The notes beneath the pieces are model-generated. The model saw only the letters and a list, made by a program, of their open reading frames with translations. It was not told the origin of the DNA and made no database searches. Source: Eledone cirrhosa (taxonomy: Eukaryota). Taken from it: a stretch of 64,000 nt of DNA. Shown in pieces: positions 53,165 through 64,000 of the stretch; positions within the stretch are counted from its first letter, which is position 1; every line of letters begins with the position of its first letter. The stretch is taken from NCBI GenBank assembly GCA_964016885.1, contig OZ024741.1, positions 276,396,001 to 276,460,000 of the forward strand. Reading direction: 5' to 3'. The translations under genes and the position numbers were made by a program.

Positions 53165-54281
53165 CAGTCTTAAACGCTATTCCCAAGGGGGTCTCTAATA
53201 GAATTAGCAGACTGTCCTGTAATGAGAGTATCTTCAACTCCAATGCAGAGTATTATGACAAGGCCCTAGCAGAATCTGGTTACGGGAGTAGATTATCATA
53301 TATACATAAGGACTCTCAAACCATGAGTGTGAAACCTACCAACATAATCACACATAGTATGGCCACAAAGCCTAACCAACTTAGAGGCAAGAATAATAGT
53401 AAGAACCCTAAATGTAAACCACGTAAAGACAATACTAGAGTCCCTCACTACAACTCTAAAACAGTAAATGATCACGCCATGAACATAAACCATCCGAGCT
53501 TAAGCAAAACAGACAACGCCACTAACGTTAATAACGGAACCCTACAAAATAGTACGCACAGTAGCGAGACTCGCCCCACAGATAAGAAAAATAGAAGAAG
53601 GAAAAACATGTATTTTAACCCACCTTTTAACTCTGAGGTCCTCACTAACCTCCCCAGAGTATTCTTCTCATTATTGGAAAAAAACTTCCCACCAGGCAAT
53701 AGATATCGCAACATAATTAACAAAAACGTAATTAAATTATCCTATTCGACCACACCTAACCTCGCATCACACCTAGCACGCACGAACATTAGGAAAACTA
53801 GGGAAGGCTTCGAAGCAATTAAAATGGCAGTTAACCACCAGCAACCGACTACACTGGAAAATGGGCAACATAATAGCATCAATGAGCCATCTAATGATAT
53901 AGAGGCACCTAGTGATAATGCTAGTAACCAAACTTCGGGAAGTAAGCTAACTAATCGAACCCGCAATTGCAATTGTAGGCGGAGTAGTAACTGTCCCCTA
54001 AGGGGGGGATTGCCTCATGAAAAACATAGTATATGCATGTGACGTAACCACACACAACTCTACCAAAACATATATAGGAGCAACGTCCAATGCATTTAAA
54101 ACTAGATTTAACGCGCATATGTACACATTTAGACACGATAGACATAAGAATGCCACCTCACTGGCGGGATAATCTCCTTTTTAAAAAATAATAGTACCCC
54201 ATACAAACTTTTTTGGAGGAAGCTTACTAGATCCACGCCATACCGACCGCAGAAGTTGTGACCTGTGTTTACTCACCTAGA
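53165..54281 (+). mobile_element. 5'-truncated Penelope-like element (RT thumb + CNC..CP linker + GIY-YIG endonuclease), degenerate
   Basis: [38 protein letters not shown] and [11 protein letters not shown], then after a frameshift IVY...TYIGATSNAFKTRFNAH...NATSL. Confidence 0.88.
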
Positions 54282-54353
54282 CTATAGCTCCCCCCCTTTC
54301 CCCCCCAGCCCGTAACCCAGATAGATAGGTACCCTAAGGGTGGTACAGTCCCC

Positions 54354-54508
<155 letters not shown>

Positions 54509-56036
54509 TGTGTGTGTGTGTGCGCGCGTACACCCACACAGACATGTGTGGGTGTACGTGCGTGTGTGCATGCATTGTATGCATGTATATTGTATGCATG
54601 CGTATTATATTGTGTGTATGTGTATATGTGACATGTATGTGAATATATGTATGTATGCGTATGAGTGTGTATGTGTAAGTATGTGTAAGTATGTGTAAGT
54701 GTATGATGTGTGTATGTATGTGTATATGTATGGATACTTTTCTGTAGAAATTCTCTATATGTGGTGTGTGGCACGAATTCCTCCTATAATACTCTTCTCT
54801 GAGAGGAGCACGATATGCAGAGTAACACATATGTATTGTCGAAGTTGAAACTGAGAACCACCACCCCTCCTGCTGACCCAAATGTTTACTGAGGACCAGA
54901 ACACCATTCTCCGCAATATAAGAGCGAAATGCGCTTACCGGACTATTGATGACCATAACATCACATTCCAAGGTAATGGCAAAACACAGTGAATACTATG
55001 CACGACCAGAACACCACAGCATGCACATCCGAGCAACACAGATATAATATCAATAGGGGAATCAACTGAATTTTTTGAGTTGAAATACATATGGATATGT
55101 GTGTGTGTATCGGACACACGTACACATAAAGAAGCTGCTGACCTAAATATACCTGTCATGCCTGTCTGAATTCCTAAGGGAATTGTCGGCCAGTTGCTGT
55201 CTTGACCGATTGTAGTACCAGTGGGTGAATCAATTGAGTTTTTTGAGTTGAAATACATATAAATATGTGTGTCAGACACACGTACACATAAAGAAGCTGC
55301 CGACCTAAATGTGCCTGTCATGCCTGTCTGAATTTTCGGTCAGTTGCTGACTTGACCGATTAACCCCACAATTACTACGTAGCGGTTCTTGCGCGTGACT
55401 ACTGGACCCAGATGAAACGAAGACGAAGAATTTCCTTGCGTACCGTTTTGTACCACAGATGCGATCTCACCCTGCCTCGTTAATGTCCTATCGACACCAA
55501 AGTTCAACGTTCAGGCGAATAGAATTGAATCCAACCACCAACAACATAGCTGGATGACCGATAATCACACCAAACCGGAGTACTGTGATCCTTGTGATTT
55601 CCAGATATACAACCACTGACACTGTTACGAAGACCAGAAAACCATACTCCATAATATTGAACCAAGTGATTGATTTGTGCGACCAAAATAACACCACACA
55701 CATATTGAACTAGGAATATTGGATCCTCCGTCAATGTCCGGGTGAGCAAAAATAGATTTCTATCTGCATTGGAATTTACGAACTTGTGCATCTGCTGTGG
55801 TGTCAAAAACAAACGCGCATGACCGCACAGATAAACAATGGACCATGCCACGTGGCTTGAACCCGTAAGTGAATTGAAGGTTCTGCAACTCTGATACACA
55901 GATTATCTATTATTAAGATGTATAAACTTGACATAACTATTATCATCTTATATTCTCTCAACTAATCACACTTGATCATATTTCTCTATCCCGTTTTCTC
56001 CCCCCATAATTATTATTATATTTTTATTATTATTTG

Positions 56037-56069
<33 letters not shown>

Positions 56070-56206
56070 CGGTTTTTTTTGCATTGTGTTTTCCCCTCCA
56101 AATATTCGCTTATATTTCTTTATATATTCTCTATATATTTTTTTATCTTTATTATTTCCACTTTTATCCTCCTTTATATTTTACCTTATTCTTACTTTTA
56201 TACCTT

Positions 56207-56692
56207 ACTAGCAGTAAAGCCCGGCGTTGCTCGGGGTTGCTCAATAGCTGTGTTCAAGTTACAATGTTAAGTTTCTTTTTTGGCTTAAAGTCTGTCTGCA
56301 CGACTGTGTCTGCACGCCTAACGAAATTTACAGATGCATATATTTTAAATAAACTTATATAATTTTTGCTTTTTTTTTACGAAATATTTGCTTGTTTTAC
56401 GTAGTCTTTAAATAGACTTGTTTTCAAGTAAAAATATTGTTTTAAAAGGCTTTTAAATGGAAATGAAGCAAAACGGAAGCTTAGTGTTCGAACTGATGAA
56501 TTTTGCAGGCCAAAATTTTGCTGGCTCGACAACTGTTCGTGTATTGTGTTAATGTCATTTTAAACACTGAGAAAGCCAGCGTAATTTTTTAGGGGCAACT
56601 TCCTTTCAAAGTATTTTCCCATTATGCACCCTTTTGGCTGTATTACATTACAGACAAGCAAGCAAGCAATCACAGAGTTTTATATAGATAAT
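56207..56692 (+). mobile_element. Helitron/Helentron-associated non-autonomous element (HINE-like)
   Basis: The 5' end TACTAGCAGTAAAGCCCGGCGTTGCTCGGG carries a small hairpin. The 3' end has a (CAAG)n microsatellite followed by TTTTATATAGAT. Confidence 0.5.
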
Positions 56693-57773
56693 GTATGGAG
56701 AGAGAGATTGACAGCACTATACCATGGTATTCTTTTATACTTCAACAGGTTTGAGTGATTGGGTTTTCAAGTGTATAGTTGACTCCCAACTCTAATACTC
56801 ATTGACAGGCACATGTTTAATCATTAACCTTGAAAGGTTGAAAGACAAAGTCAACCTAAGAGTAATTTAACCCTTTAGTATTTAAACCAGCCATATCCAC
56901 CCAGAATTCTCATACCAACGTTAAGGTATTGCTCTCAAAATAAATATCAAAATCTTGTATTTTCAATATTATGTGGGATAATTATGCGAGATAAATCTTT
57001 TTCTGTGAAAATACAAAGTAAATATAGAGTAATCATTTCATTTTCATCATTTCATTTTACGTCCGCTTTTTCCCTGCTTGCAAGGGTGGGATGGGAACTG
57101 ATTCTGGCTTGATTTCTACAGCTGGATGCCCTTCATAACACCAACCTCATTTACAGCGAGTGCTGGGTGCTTTTTTGCCGTGGCACCTCCACGACCACTT
57201 TGCAGTGGAATGATATGGACCCCAGTCCCTATCATCTCATTTCTACAGCTGAGTAAACTGGAGCAATGTGAAATAAAGTGTCTTGCTCAAGGAAACAACA
57301 CATCACCCGGTCTGAGAATTGAACTCACAACCTTTCGATTGCAGGGCCAATGCTCTAATCACTAAGCCATGTGCCTCTATATATACACACACACACACAC
57401 ACACATATATATATTACTTTAGTGTGCAGTATCTGAAGTCTACACTGGGAAATGACTTGAACTGTTTACTGGGTTACGATTAGGCTTAGGTTTTGTAGTT
57501 GAGAGAACTGCACACTGAACTGTAAATGTCCAGGTAGACCACATGCTGCAATGTAATGATTATATATCACACACAAACAGAAATACAAATGATATGTAAC
57601 CCGAGATAAAAGCTTGCATAATATAATATGCGCTTCCATTGCCACCTGCTATTATGTCACAAACAGAATCTGTCAGGTGTATCCAATTCTCTCTATTCTA
57701 TAACTAACCCACAGCAAATCATAGGATACCTGCAGAAATGGAGTGGCTTTATGGGTAAGGTGTCAAACATAAT

Positions 57774-57880
57774 ATACAGAGTGTCCCCCAAATATGTATA
57801 CACACATTGATTACCTGTACAGGCATTATTTATTAGAATGCTGTTGAAGTGTGTATACATTGGGGGGGGGGGGGCACTGT
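57774..57880. mobile_element. Tc1/mariner-type MITE; related sequence at about 51899-51970
   Basis: TA-CAGAGTGTCCCCCAAATATGTATACACAC ... GTGTGTATACATTGGGG..GCACTG-TA. Confidence 0.65.
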
Positions 57881-58361
57881 ATATGTGTGATCAGCAGATT
57901 CAATGGTCAGAAGTGGATGGAGAGGAGGAAGAAGAAGTGGCTGGGGAGGCAGAGGGGGAATGTGTAAAAGAAGATGAAACATTGGAGAAGAAAGAGAAAG
58001 GACAAAGAGAGACATGAAACAATATAGTGAAAGTAGGAAAGGAGAAGGAGGAGGGAAAGGAGAAGGAGGAGGGAGAGAAGGAGGAGGCAAAGGCAAATGG
58101 GGGGGGGGGGGGTGACATATTTGTTCTGACAGCCATATTGCTCCTTTGCAACCAACTTTTATCACTTGAGTCAGTAATGTGAAGGCTAAAGGGTTAAACA
58201 TGCAACATAAGGTATTTTGTCCGACACCCAACAAATTCTACTATGCATTGTCCTTGTCTTATGTAATAAGTACCAGTGTGCAAACTGGTGACTTTTCTAT
58301 GTGAATAAACTAACAGCTTAAACCAGACTAAAACAAAAACAAAAAAACATAAGCAACTTAC

Positions 58362-58447
58362 TTGGTAGGTTCTTCAGCACTGCCCCCTACAGGCTGGAAA
58401 ACCTTCAGGGCCTCAAACGATCTTACAAGTTTTTCAATTGTTGCCAT
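58362..58447 (-). CDS. HTT: Huntingtin coding exon 1 (start codon, N17 domain)
   Basis: Reverse strand reads AACC-ATG-G, MATIEKLVRSFEALKVFQPVGGSAEEPT(K), matching human N17 MATLEKLMKAFESLKSF. Donor AA|gtaagt, phase 2. An acceptor tttttgcag lies 14 nt upstream of the ATG, so the exon starts at 58461. Confidence 0.95.
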
Positions 58448-58718
58448 GGTTCAGGATTAATCTGCAAAAATAAACAAAGCAAAGGGATATACAAATCTGT
58501 ATATATATATATATATATATCATCATCATCATCTTTTAACCTGATTTTTGTCATGACACCTACAGGACCACTTTACAGTGTGAGCTGGGAACCATGACTC
58601 CTACATGTCCACTTTACAGTGTGGACTGGGTGCTTTTTATCGTGACTCCTACATGACCACTTTACAGTGTGGGCTAGGTGCTTTTTGTCGTGACACCGAC
58701 ACAACAATATATGTATAT

Positions 58719-60421
58719 ATTGAGATTGACGAATATAGGGTCCAAGAGGCGATTAGGGAAATGAAAAATGGTAAGGCGGCCGGACCATCGGGAATAGTTG
58801 CTGAGATGCTGAAGGCATCAGGGGACGTAGGCACTAAACTGGTTGCACGCATCATCAATCAGGCTATATATGGTGGTGTCATACCCAAAGACTGGTGCAG
58901 CAGTATTCTCATAAATTGCTACAAAGGTAAAGGGGATGCTTTGGAGAGGAGCAATTATAGGGGTATAAAACTGATAGATCAGGTTATGAAAGTGGCAGAA
59001 AGGATTTTAGCACAACTAATTAGAGAAAGGGTCAAACTAGATGAGATGCAGTTTGGTTTTGTGCCTGGGAAGAGTACAACAGATGCCCTCTTCTTGGTGA
59101 GACAAATGCAAGAGAGGTTCTTAGAGAAGAATAAGCCACTATACTTAGCCTTTGTTGACCTAGAGAAGGCCTTTGATAGGGTACCCCGATCTGTCATCTG
59201 GTGGTCCCTAAGGAAGCTGGGTGTTGAGGAATGGCTTGTGAGGACAGTGCAAACTTTGTACAGAGGTACTCTCAGTAAAGTCAGGGTAGGAATGGAGTTT
59301 AGTGAGGAATTCCAGATACAAGTAGGAGTACATCAGGGTTCGGTCCTCAGCCCGCTCTTGTTCATTATAGTCCTCCAAGCCATAACAGAGGAGTTTAAGA
59401 CTGGCTGTCCATGGGAACTTCTCTATGCTGACGATCTGGCTCTTATGGCAGAATCAGTAGAGGAGCTAGAGAATAAATTCCGGCTATGGAAACAGCAGTT
59501 GGACGCAAGAGGACTGAGAGTAAATCTAGCTAAGACAAAAGTGTTGATGAGTAGAAAAGAGGACAAAACCCTGATTCTGTCAGGGAAATGGCCATGTTCG
59601 ATATGCAGAAAAGGAACTGGCATAAATTCTATAAAATGCACACAATGTAGGTCCTGGGTACACAAGAGATGTAGCGGGATAGCAGGCAAACTAACAGGTA
59701 GGGAGAAATATGTATGCAGTAGATGTACAGGGAAATTAGACAGTAGAAGTCGCACTGATAGACACATTTTTCAAATGCGAGAGGGCGCTATAGAAGTGGT
59801 GGATAGCTTCCGGTACCTAGGAGATCAGATTAGCATGGGAGGAGGGTGTTCCGAGGCCATAGTATCTAGAATAAGGACAGGTTGGAAGAAGTTTAGGGAG
59901 CTGCTTCCTCTGTTGACGAAGAAGGGTTTCTCCCTGCGTACGAAAGGCCAGTTGTATGATGCCTGTGTGAGGAGCGCGATGCTGCATGGTAGTGAGACAT
60001 GGGCAGCAACCGCAGAAGATATGCGACGGCTGGAGAGAAATGAGGCAAGCATACTCCGTTGGATGTGCAGTGTAAATGTGCGTGAACGACCCAGCATAAA
60101 TGTGTTGAGAGAGAAACTGTGTCTGAGAGGGATAGAATGTAGTGTACGGGAGAGGAGACTGAGGTGGTATGGACATGTGATGCGCATGGAGGATGACCGA
60201 TGGGTGAAGAAGTGCCAGGAAATGCCAGTTGAAGTAAGACGTGGTAGAGGTAGACCACGAAAAACATGGGCGGAGGTGGTGAGAACAGACCTCAGATCAT
60301 TGAAGCTCACGGTGGAGATGACGAGGGACCTTGACGAGTGGAGAGATGCTGTGCTGAATAAGACCCGTCCCACCCTTGCAAGCAGGGAAAAGCGGACGTA
60401 AAATGATGATGATGATGATGA
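58719..60421 (+). mobile_element. 5'-truncated RTE LINE of a second subfamily, intact RT frame
   Basis: Open RT frame to 60401 (YADD, PHD-like insert, [11 protein letters not shown]) running directly into a (GAT)n tail. Confidence 0.95.
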
Positions 60422-60653
60422 TACAATATATTAACAAATGGAAACTATATTTATAAAACCATATTTATTTCATTATACATATTTCAAGGACACCAAAGCA
60501 AATTATGGTGCGCTTTCATCAGATAAAATATAATATAGATCAGTTTTATAAACAAATATTGACATACCCTTAAAGAATGCGACCATGTCGGTTGGAAGCT
60601 CCCGGATAGATATATATATATATATATATGATGATGATATGGCAAAGCATAAA

Positions 60654-60891
60654 CAAACAGAGAAACTATGTATAAGAGGAATTGGATGCAGTGTGCAAGA
60701 GAGGAGATTGCATTGATATGGACATGTGATGCATATGAAGGATGACAGCTGTATAAAAAGGTGCAGAGCACTCAAATTCTATGGAAGCCTTGGAGTGGGG
60801 AGACCCAAAAAGACTCGAGATGAGGTGATAAAAGCTGACCGTGCTCAACTGCACCTCTCAAAGACAATGACACAAGACAGGGATCTCTGGC
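60654..60891 (+). mobile_element. RTE LINE fragment (degenerate)
   Basis: MKDDSCIKRCRAL..GVGRPKKT.DEVIKAD matches the 18394-19941 copy. Confidence 0.8.
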
Positions 60892-61619
60892 ATACACACA
60901 CAAGTCCTTGGAGGGGAAGGGATCTCCACATAGTTAACTGAGCTGCTAGAAATGATAGCCAAATTATATCTTACTGTCTTAACATAAACCCCGACAGCCT
61001 CATTGCTATTACTCGACCTGGAGACTAACACACAATACAACATACACACATGTAAATAGATAGACATATAAACACATACAAAACTTTCTTTTTAAATGCT
61101 AAATAAAATAGTAATTTGTCAATAATAGTGAAAGAAACCAAAATAATTTGAACAGATTAACATTTAAAGAAGTATCTCCTTACATTCCAAACCACTGCAT
61201 TTCCTATAAATTCTTTAAAACTAACAATTAAATTTACAGCAGGTGTGGCTGGTCCGTTATGTGTGCGTGTGTGTGTGGCTGCTGTGTGTGTAGTATTGTG
61301 TGTGGTGTGGATGTAGTGTTGGGGGGGGGGGGGGGTCAGTGTGTGCGAGTGCGGCTGTGAGTAAAGTAATTGTGTATGGCTGTGCATGTGTGAATGGCAG
61401 TGTATGTGTGTTTGTGTAGATGTATGTGTGTGGCTGTGTGTGTAAATATGTGTGTGTGCTCTGTGTGTGTGGTAGTGCGTGTGTATTTACTGAAAGTCAT
61501 TAAGTTTTACAATAATGGTTAGTTGGGTCAGATACTTTCTAAAAAAGTGAGACACCCATTGAATAATATATTCCAAGGTGTATTATACGTTAACAGAAAA
61601 TGAAGGAGATATCCATGGC

Positions 61620-64000
61620 TTGAATGTCTTCAATGACACCTGACAAGGAGAGGCGGTCATCACTGAAATGTCTTTAATGACAGCTGACCTGTCCATGAGA
61701 GATGGTCATCACTGGAATGTCTTCAATGACAACTGACCAGGAGAGGTGGTCATCCCTGGAATGTCTTCAATGACAACTGACCTGACGAGGTGGTCATCCC
61801 TGGAATGTCTTTAATGACAGCTGACCTGACCAGGAGAGGTGGTCATCACTGGAATGTCTTCAATGACAGCTGACCTGACCAGCAGAAGTGGTCATCAGTG
61901 GAATGTCTTCAATGACAGCTGACGTGACCAGCAGAAGTGGTCATCAGTGGAATGTCTTCAATGACAGCTAACCTGACCAGCAGAAGTGGTCATCAGTGGA
62001 ATGTCTTCAATGACAGCTGACCTGACCAGCAGAAGTGGTCATCAGTGGAATGTCTTCAATGACAGCTGACCTGACCAGCAGAAGTGGTCATCCCTGGAAT
62101 GTCTTTAATGACAGCTGACCTGACCAGGAGAGGTGGTCATCACTGGAATGTCTTCAATGACAGCTGACCTGACCAGGAGAGGTGGTCATCCCTGGAATGT
62201 CTTCAATGACAGCTGACCTGACCAGGAGAGGTGGTCATCACTGGAATGTCTTCAATGACAGCTGACCGGACCAGGAGAGGTGGTCATCACTGGAATGTCT
62301 TCAATGACAGCTGACCTGACCAGGAGAGGTGGTCATCCCTGGAATGTCTTCAATGACAGCTGACCTGACCAGGAGAGGTGGTCATCCCTGGAATGTCTTC
62401 AATGACAGCTGACCTGACCAGGAGAGGTGGTCATCCCTGGAATGTCTTCAATGACAGCTGACCTGACCAGGAGAGGTGGTCATCCCTGGAATGTCTTCAA
62501 TGACAGCTGACCTGACCAGGAGAGGTGGTCATCACTGGAATGTCTTCAATGACAGCTGACCTGACCAGCAGAAGTGGTCATCAGTGGAATGTCTTCAATG
62601 ACAGCTGACCTGACCAGCAGAAGTGGTCATCAGTGGAATGTCTTCAATGACAGCTGACCTGACCAGCAGAAGTGGTCATCCCTGGAATGTCTTTAATGAC
62701 AGCTGACCTGACCAGGAGAGGTGGTCATCACTGGAATGTCTTCAATGACAGCTGACCTGACCAGGAGAGGTGGTCATCCCTGGAATGTCTTCAATGACAG
62801 CTGACCTGACCAGGAGAGGTGGTCATCACTGGAATGTCTTCAATGACAGCTGACCTGACCAGGAGAGGTGGTCATCCCTGGAATGTCTTCAATGACAGCT
62901 GACCTGACCAGGAGAGGTGGTCATCCCTGGAATGTCTTCAATGACAGCTGACCTGACCAGGAGAGGTGGTCATCCCTGGAATGTCTTCAATGACAGCTGA
63001 CCTGACCAGGAGAGGTGGTCATCCCTGGAATGTCTTCAATGACAGCTGACCTGACCAGGAGAGGTGGTCATCACTGGAATGTCTTCAATGACAGCTGACC
63101 TGACCAGGAGAGGTGGTCATCCCTGGAATGTCTTCAATGACAGCTGACCTGACCAGGAGAGGTGGTCATCCCTGGAATGTCTTTAATGACAGCTGACCTG
63201 ACCAGGAGAGGTGGTCATCACTGGAATGTCTTCAATGACAGCTGACCTGACCAGGAGAGGTGGTCATCCCTGGAATGTCTTCAATGACAGCTGACCTGAC
63301 CAGGAGAGGTGGTCATCCCTGGAATGTCTTCAATGACAGCTGACCTGACCAGGAGAGGTGGTCATCCCTGGAATGTCTTCAATGACAGCTGACCTGACCA
63401 GCAGAAGTGGTCATCAGTGGAATGTCTTCAATGACAGCTGACCTGACCAGCAGAAGTGGTCATCAGTGGAATGTCTTCAATGACAGCTGACCTGACCAGC
63501 AGAAGTGGTCATCCCTGGAATGTCTTTAATGACAGCTGACCTGACCAGGAGAGGTGGTCATCACTGGAATGTCTTCAATGACAGCTGACCTGACCAGGAG
63601 AGGTGGTCATCCCTGGAATGTCTTCAATGACAGCTGACCTGACCAGGAGAGGTGGTCATCCCTGGAATGTCTTCAATGACAGCTGACCTGACCAGGAGAG
63701 GTGGTCATCACTGGAATGTCTTCAATGACAGCTGACCTGACCAGGAGAGGTGGTCATCACTGGAATGTCTTCAATGACAGCTGACCTGACCAGGAGAGGT
63801 GGTCATCACTGGAATGTCTTCAATGACAGCTGACCTGACCAGGAGAGGTGGTCATCCCTGGAATGTCTTCAATGACAGCTGACCTGACCAGGAGAGGTGG
63901 TCATCCCTGGAATGTCTTCAATGACAGCTGACCTGACCAGGAGAGGTGGTCATCCCTGGAATGTCTTCAATGACAGCTGACCTGACCAGGAGAGGTGGTC
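61620..64000. repeat. 49-bp tandem satellite, about 48 copies, running off the window end
   Basis: Unit CTGGAATGTCTTCAATGACAGCTGACCTGACCAGGAGAGGTGGTCATC(A/C), contiguous with no spacers. Confidence 0.97.

Noticed and set aside
54790-54940. Hammerhead ribozyme downstream of the Penelope element
   Set aside because: CTGAGAG/CTGAGGA and GAAA words are present, but I could not build consistent stems I-III.
61620-64000. CRISPR-like array with a palindromic unit
   Set aside because: No variable spacers; it is a plain satellite.

Overview
Eukaryotic, AT-rich, microsatellite-laden genomic DNA, most likely a coleoid cephalopod such as Octopus (inferred from repeat content, not proven). The window holds the 5' third of a huntingtin (HTT) orthologue on the minus strand. 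I traced 18 coding exons by hand, from the ATG exon at 58447 down to 4321. All have GT-AG boundaries with consistent phases and total 3400 nt (1133 codons + 1 nt); the gene continues beyond position 1. The N17 helix is conserved (MATIEKLVRSFEALKVF) but is followed by a single Q, with no polyQ or polyP tract. The introns are filled with RTE-clade LINEs whose RT carries an inserted C4HC3 PHD-like finger, an R4/Dong-like RLE element, a Penelope-like GIY-YIG element, CR1/L2 fragments, mariner/hAT/pogo/piggyBac-type MITEs, a 5S rRNA pseudogene, minisatellites and kb-scale (TA/CA)n arrays. The most interesting observations are: (i) near-identical inverted RTE copies bracketing exactly the 484-nt exon block equivalent to mammalian circHTT(2-6); (ii) a sense-strand hammerhead-ribozyme-like motif in intron 3 and an HDV-like motif in a bipartite non-autonomous RTE; (iii) minisatellites seeded on HTT splice donors; (iv) several retroelement clades converging on TA/CA microsatellites. 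None of these is proven functional. There are no prokaryotic systems or CRISPR arrays.
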